Shown here: positions 31,006 through 34,199 of the stretch, one piece after another
How positions within the stretch are numbered: the stretch's first letter is position 1
Layout of the letters: each line of letters starts with the position of its first letter
DNA from: Draconibacterium orientale
GTDB lineage: Bacteria; Bacteroidota; Bacteroidia; Bacteroidales; UBA1556
DNA length: 34,199 nucleotides
Direction of reading: 5' to 3'
NCBI GenBank assembly: GCA_022736595.1
Contig: DZDC01000002.1
Coordinates: forward strand, 13,620-47,818
Notes under the pieces: generated by a model
What the model saw: only the letters and a program-made list of their open reading frames with translations
Databases searched by the model: none
Told to the model about the DNA's origin: nothing
Made by a program: the position numbers and the translations under genes

Positions 31006-32847
31006 ATGGCTAAAAATAATAATTTTAAGGAATTAGAGCGAATAGTCGTTAAGTTTGCTGGCGATTCTGGAGATGGAATGCAGCTAACGGGATCCCAATT
31101 TTCGGATGCCGCTGCAATTTTCGGAAACGATTTGGCTACTTTCCCCGATTTTCCCTCAGAAATTAGAGCTCCTCAAGGAACAATTGCAGGAGTTTCAGGT
31201 TTTCAAGTTCATATAGGACATGCCGATATCCATACTTCAGGAGATAAGGCTGATGTTTTGGTTGCAATGAATCCTGCAGCATTAAAATACAATCTGCCCT
31301 ATTGTAAACCCGGTGCAACCATCATCATTGATGTGGATAGCTTTGACGAAAAAAGCTACAAAAAGGCTAATTGTACAGAAGATCCTTTGGTTTCTGATAA
31401 ATTGCAAGGCTTTAATGTCATTCAGGCTCCCATTACTTCTTTAACCCACGCTACTCTTAAAGAAACAGGTCTTGACTCTAAAACCATAGATAAAACAAGA
31501 AACCAATTTGTTACAGGTATTTTAGTTTACCTTTTCAATCGTGATATGGAGGTTGTTGAACAATTTATAAGAAATAAATTTAAGAAGAAACCCGAATTGG
31601 CTGAAGCTAATATTAAAGTGATTAAAGAAGGATACAATTATTCTGATACCATTGAGGCATTATCAACTACCTATATTGTAAATCCTAATATTAATCGCAA
31701 AGGGAAGTTCCGTACGATGACTGGAAATCAAGCTACTGCTTGGGGCTTAATGGCTGGTGCAGAAAAATCAGGATTAGAACTCTTTTTAGGGTCGTATCCT
31801 ATTACTCCTGCCACTGATATCCTTTCAGAATTGTCTATTCACAAAGAATTGGGTGTGAAAACCTTTCAAGCTGAAGATGAAATTGCAGGTATTAATTCAG
31901 CTATTGGTGCTGCTTATGCAGGGAGTCTATCTGCTACAACCACTTCCGGACCTGGGTTGAGTTTAAAAAGCGAAGCTCTTGGTTTAGCTTTTATTACCGA
32001 GTTACCTTTAGTAATTGTAAATGTACAACGGGGCGGACCTTCAACAGGTTTACCAACCAAAACCGAACAAACCGACCTTATGCAAGCCCTTTGGGGAAGA
32101 AATGGGGAAGCTCCCATTCCTGTAATTGCAGCGAGTTCACCAGCAGATTGCTTTGATTATGCTTTTGAAGCATGCAAAATTGCAGTGGAACACATGACTC
32201 CAGTGATCTTGCTTACCGATTCTTATTTAGCTAATGGAAGTGGATTGTGGCCCATAGTTGATATGAATCAATTGCCAGCCATCAAACCTCGTATAGCTGA
32301 AGCTAATACCGAATATCTTCCCTATCGTCGCGATGAGGTTACCCTTGCTCGTACTTGGGCTATCCCAGGGACTCCCGGTACCCACCATCGAGTTGGGGGA
32401 TTAGAAAAATTGGACGGTAAAGGCTCAGTTTCTCATGATCCTCATAACCATGAAAAAATGGTTCAGCTTAGAGCAGCAAAAGTGAATAAACTTGTTGACT
32501 TTTTACCTGAACAAAAAGTATATGGTAAAACTGAAGGCGATTTGCTTGTTGTAGGTTGGGGAAGTAGCAAAGGTGCTATTTATTCTGCATTCGATGAGTT
32601 ATCATCGGAAGGTAAAGATATTGCCTTTACCAATTTCAATTACCTATTTCCGCTGCCCAAGGAAACCGCTGATATATTCAAGAAATATAAACGCATCTTA
32701 GTTTGTGAGTTAAACTCAGGTCAATTTGCTCATCATTTGAGAACCCAATTGCCCCAGTTTGAATACCTGCAATACAATAAGATTCAGGCACAACCATTCA
32801 TGGTTTCAGAGTTATTAAGTAAGTTTAACGAATTATTGGAGGCCTAA
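31006..32847 (+). CDS. korA: 2-oxoacid:ferredoxin oxidoreductase subunit alpha (gamma-alpha fusion)
   Basis: FAGDSGDGMQLTG, SYPITPA, QAEDEIA, TTSGPG, QRGGPSTGLPTK. Confidence 0.93.
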   Translation: MAKNNNFKELERIVVKFAGDSGDGMQLTGSQFSDAAAIFGNDLATFPDFPSEIRAPQGTIAGVSGFQVHIGHADIHTSGDKADVLVAMNPAALKYNLPYCKPGATIIIDVDSFDEKSYKKANCTEDPLVSDKLQGFNVIQAPITSLTHATLKETGLDSKTIDKTRNQFVTGILVYLFNRDMEVVEQFIRNKFKKKPELAEANIKVIKEGYNYSDTIEALSTTYIVNPNINRKGKFRTMTGNQATAWGLMAGAEKSGLELFLGSYPITPATDILSELSIHKELGVKTFQAEDEIAGINSAIGAAYAGSLSATTTSGPGLSLKSEALGLAFITELPLVIVNVQRGGPSTGLPTKTEQTDLMQALWGRNGEAPIPVIAASSPADCFDYAFEACKIAVEHMTPVILLTDSYLANGSGLWPIVDMNQLPAIKPRIAEANTEYLPYRRDEVTLARTWAIPGTPGTHHRVGGLEKLDGKGSVSHDPHNHEKMVQLRAAKVNKLVDFLPEQKVYGKTEGDLLVVGWGSSKGAIYSAFDELSSEGKDIAFTNFNYLFPLPKETADIFKKYKRILVCELNSGQFAHHLRTQLPQFEYLQYNKIQAQPFMVSELLSKFNELLEA

Positions 32848-32849
32848 AA

Positions 32850-33875
32850 ATGATAGATATAATTAAAGATATTCCACAATATACTCGTAAAGATTTTGTG
32901 TCCGATCAAGAAGTGAAGTGGTGTGCAGGATGTGGCGACTTTTCTATTTTATCGGCGGTACAAAACGCACTTCCCGAAGTGGGAGTTAAAAAAGAGGATT
33001 TTGTTTTCGTTTCAGGAATTGGATGTTCAAGTCGCTTTCCCTATTATGTGGATACTTATGGATTTCATGGAATCCATGGAAGAGCAGCAGCCATTGCCTC
33101 AGGTGTAAAATTGTCAAACCCTAAGCTTAGTGTTTGGATTGCAACCGGTGATGGCGATAGTATGGCCATTGGAGGAAATCACTTTATCCATATTCTTCGT
33201 CGTAACATTGATGTAAACATCATCATGTTTAACAACAAAATCTATGGGTTGACAAAAGGTCAATATTCCCCCACAACGGATTTGGGCCACGTTACCAAAA
33301 CCTCTCCTTACGGAACCATTGAGCATCCCTTTAAACCAGGGCAATTGGCAATGGGTGCAGGAGGTACTTTCTACGCTCGTACCGTGGATACTGACCCTAA
33401 GCAGATGAAGGAAGTTTTCATTGAAGCAGCCAAACATAGAGGTACCTCTATGGTAGAGGTTTTGCAAAACTGTGTGATCTTCAATAACAAAGTGCATGCA
33501 GAAATTACCAATAAAGAAAACCGTGACAACAACCAAATTTATTTAAAGCACGGTCAGAAAATGATCTTTGGTGCAAATGGTGAAAAGGGCTTGGTACTCG
33601 ATGGACTAAAGCTTAAAGTTGTGACCATTGGTCAAGATGGATATACAATGGATCATGTGCTTGTGCATAACGTGGAAGAAGAAGATCCAACTATGGCTTT
33701 CTTGCTTGCTCGTATGTCATTGCCCGAATTCCCCATTGCTATGGGTGTAATTAGAGCCTTTAAAACCGATGTTTATGACGATTTAATGACCGCGCAAATT
33801 GCTAATGTTAAAGCCAATTCTAAGATTAAAAATATGACTGATTTAGTTAATAGCGGCAATACTTTTAGTTTGTAG
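32850..33875 (+). CDS. korB: 2-oxoacid:ferredoxin oxidoreductase subunit beta
   Basis: WCAGCGD, SGIGCS, HGRA, TPP-binding GDGD...NN, YGLTKGQYSPT. Confidence 0.93.
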   Translation: MIDIIKDIPQYTRKDFVSDQEVKWCAGCGDFSILSAVQNALPEVGVKKEDFVFVSGIGCSSRFPYYVDTYGFHGIHGRAAAIASGVKLSNPKLSVWIATGDGDSMAIGGNHFIHILRRNIDVNIIMFNNKIYGLTKGQYSPTTDLGHVTKTSPYGTIEHPFKPGQLAMGAGGTFYARTVDTDPKQMKEVFIEAAKHRGTSMVEVLQNCVIFNNKVHAEITNKENRDNNQIYLKHGQKMIFGANGEKGLVLDGLKLKVVTIGQDGYTMDHVLVHNVEEEDPTMAFLLARMSLPEFPIAMGVIRAFKTDVYDDLMTAQIANVKANSKIKNMTDLVNSGNTFSL

Positions 33876-33893
33876 ATTCCTTAATAAATTATG

Positions 33894-33931
33894 AGAAGCC
33901 ACCTTTGAGTTTTCAATGGGTGGCTTTTTTT
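33894..33931 (+). terminator. Intrinsic terminator after korB
   Basis: AAGCCACC-TTTGA-GTTT-TCAA-TG-GGTGGCTT stem followed by a T-run. Confidence 0.88.
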
Positions 33932-34102
33932 ATGTCATGTTTTTTTTATGTCATTTGCTTAATACCGATGAAGCATTTAACATAGTTCAGTTTCATGTGA
34001 TCTTCTTATGTTTTACATTAAGGTCACATGGAATTATTCATGTAGCATTTATTTTTTAAGGTATTCATGAAGCGTTTGGCTTACGCATGGCTTATCGCAT
34101 TA

Positions 34103-34128
34103 CTGCTTGTCTGGCGGCAGACAAGTAG
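34103..34128. repeat. Short GC-rich palindrome resembling the Bacteroidota REP-like CCTGYCTGCCGGCAGRCAGG element
   Basis: CTGCTTGTCTG-GCGG-CAGACAAGTAG hairpin; single copy in this window. Confidence 0.45.
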
Positions 34129-34199
34129 GATATTTAATTAAAAAATTTTAGTACATGACAATTTTCAATTTAGACCGTCTAAGGTTGAGGTTGTATTGT

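Overview
AT-rich Bacteroidota (Bacteroidales-like) core-genome window. The assignment is inferred from TAnnTTTG promoters, the rpsL-rpsG-fusA-rpsJ order without tuf, and secY-map-infA without adk. About 18 kb (6102-24038) is the fused str-S10-spc-alpha ribosomal protein cluster, including rpmD and rpmJ, which the ORF track missed. To its left are a 5'-truncated TPR/PD40/OmpA (PorE-like) gene, a secreted carboxypeptidase-regulatory-like protein, an orphan Fe-S-type cysH and a prc/ctp protease. To its right are eno, a TlpA-type lipoprotein, DUF2851, a PaaI thioesterase, a Crp/Fnr regulator, recR, an unlisted 55-aa 2[4Fe-4S] ferredoxin and the divergent korAB. I saw no tRNA, rRNA, CRISPR array or transposase. 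The best candidate for something undescribed is a highly structured, possibly pseudoknotted non-coding region of about 170-215 nt upstream of rpsL. It has its own promoter, separate from the rpsL-proximal promoter. Secondary candidates are a structured region after korB, Fnr- and Fur-like boxes, a repeat tail on S12 and nuclease/Fe-S-like motifs in DUF2851. All structures were found by eye and none was computed.
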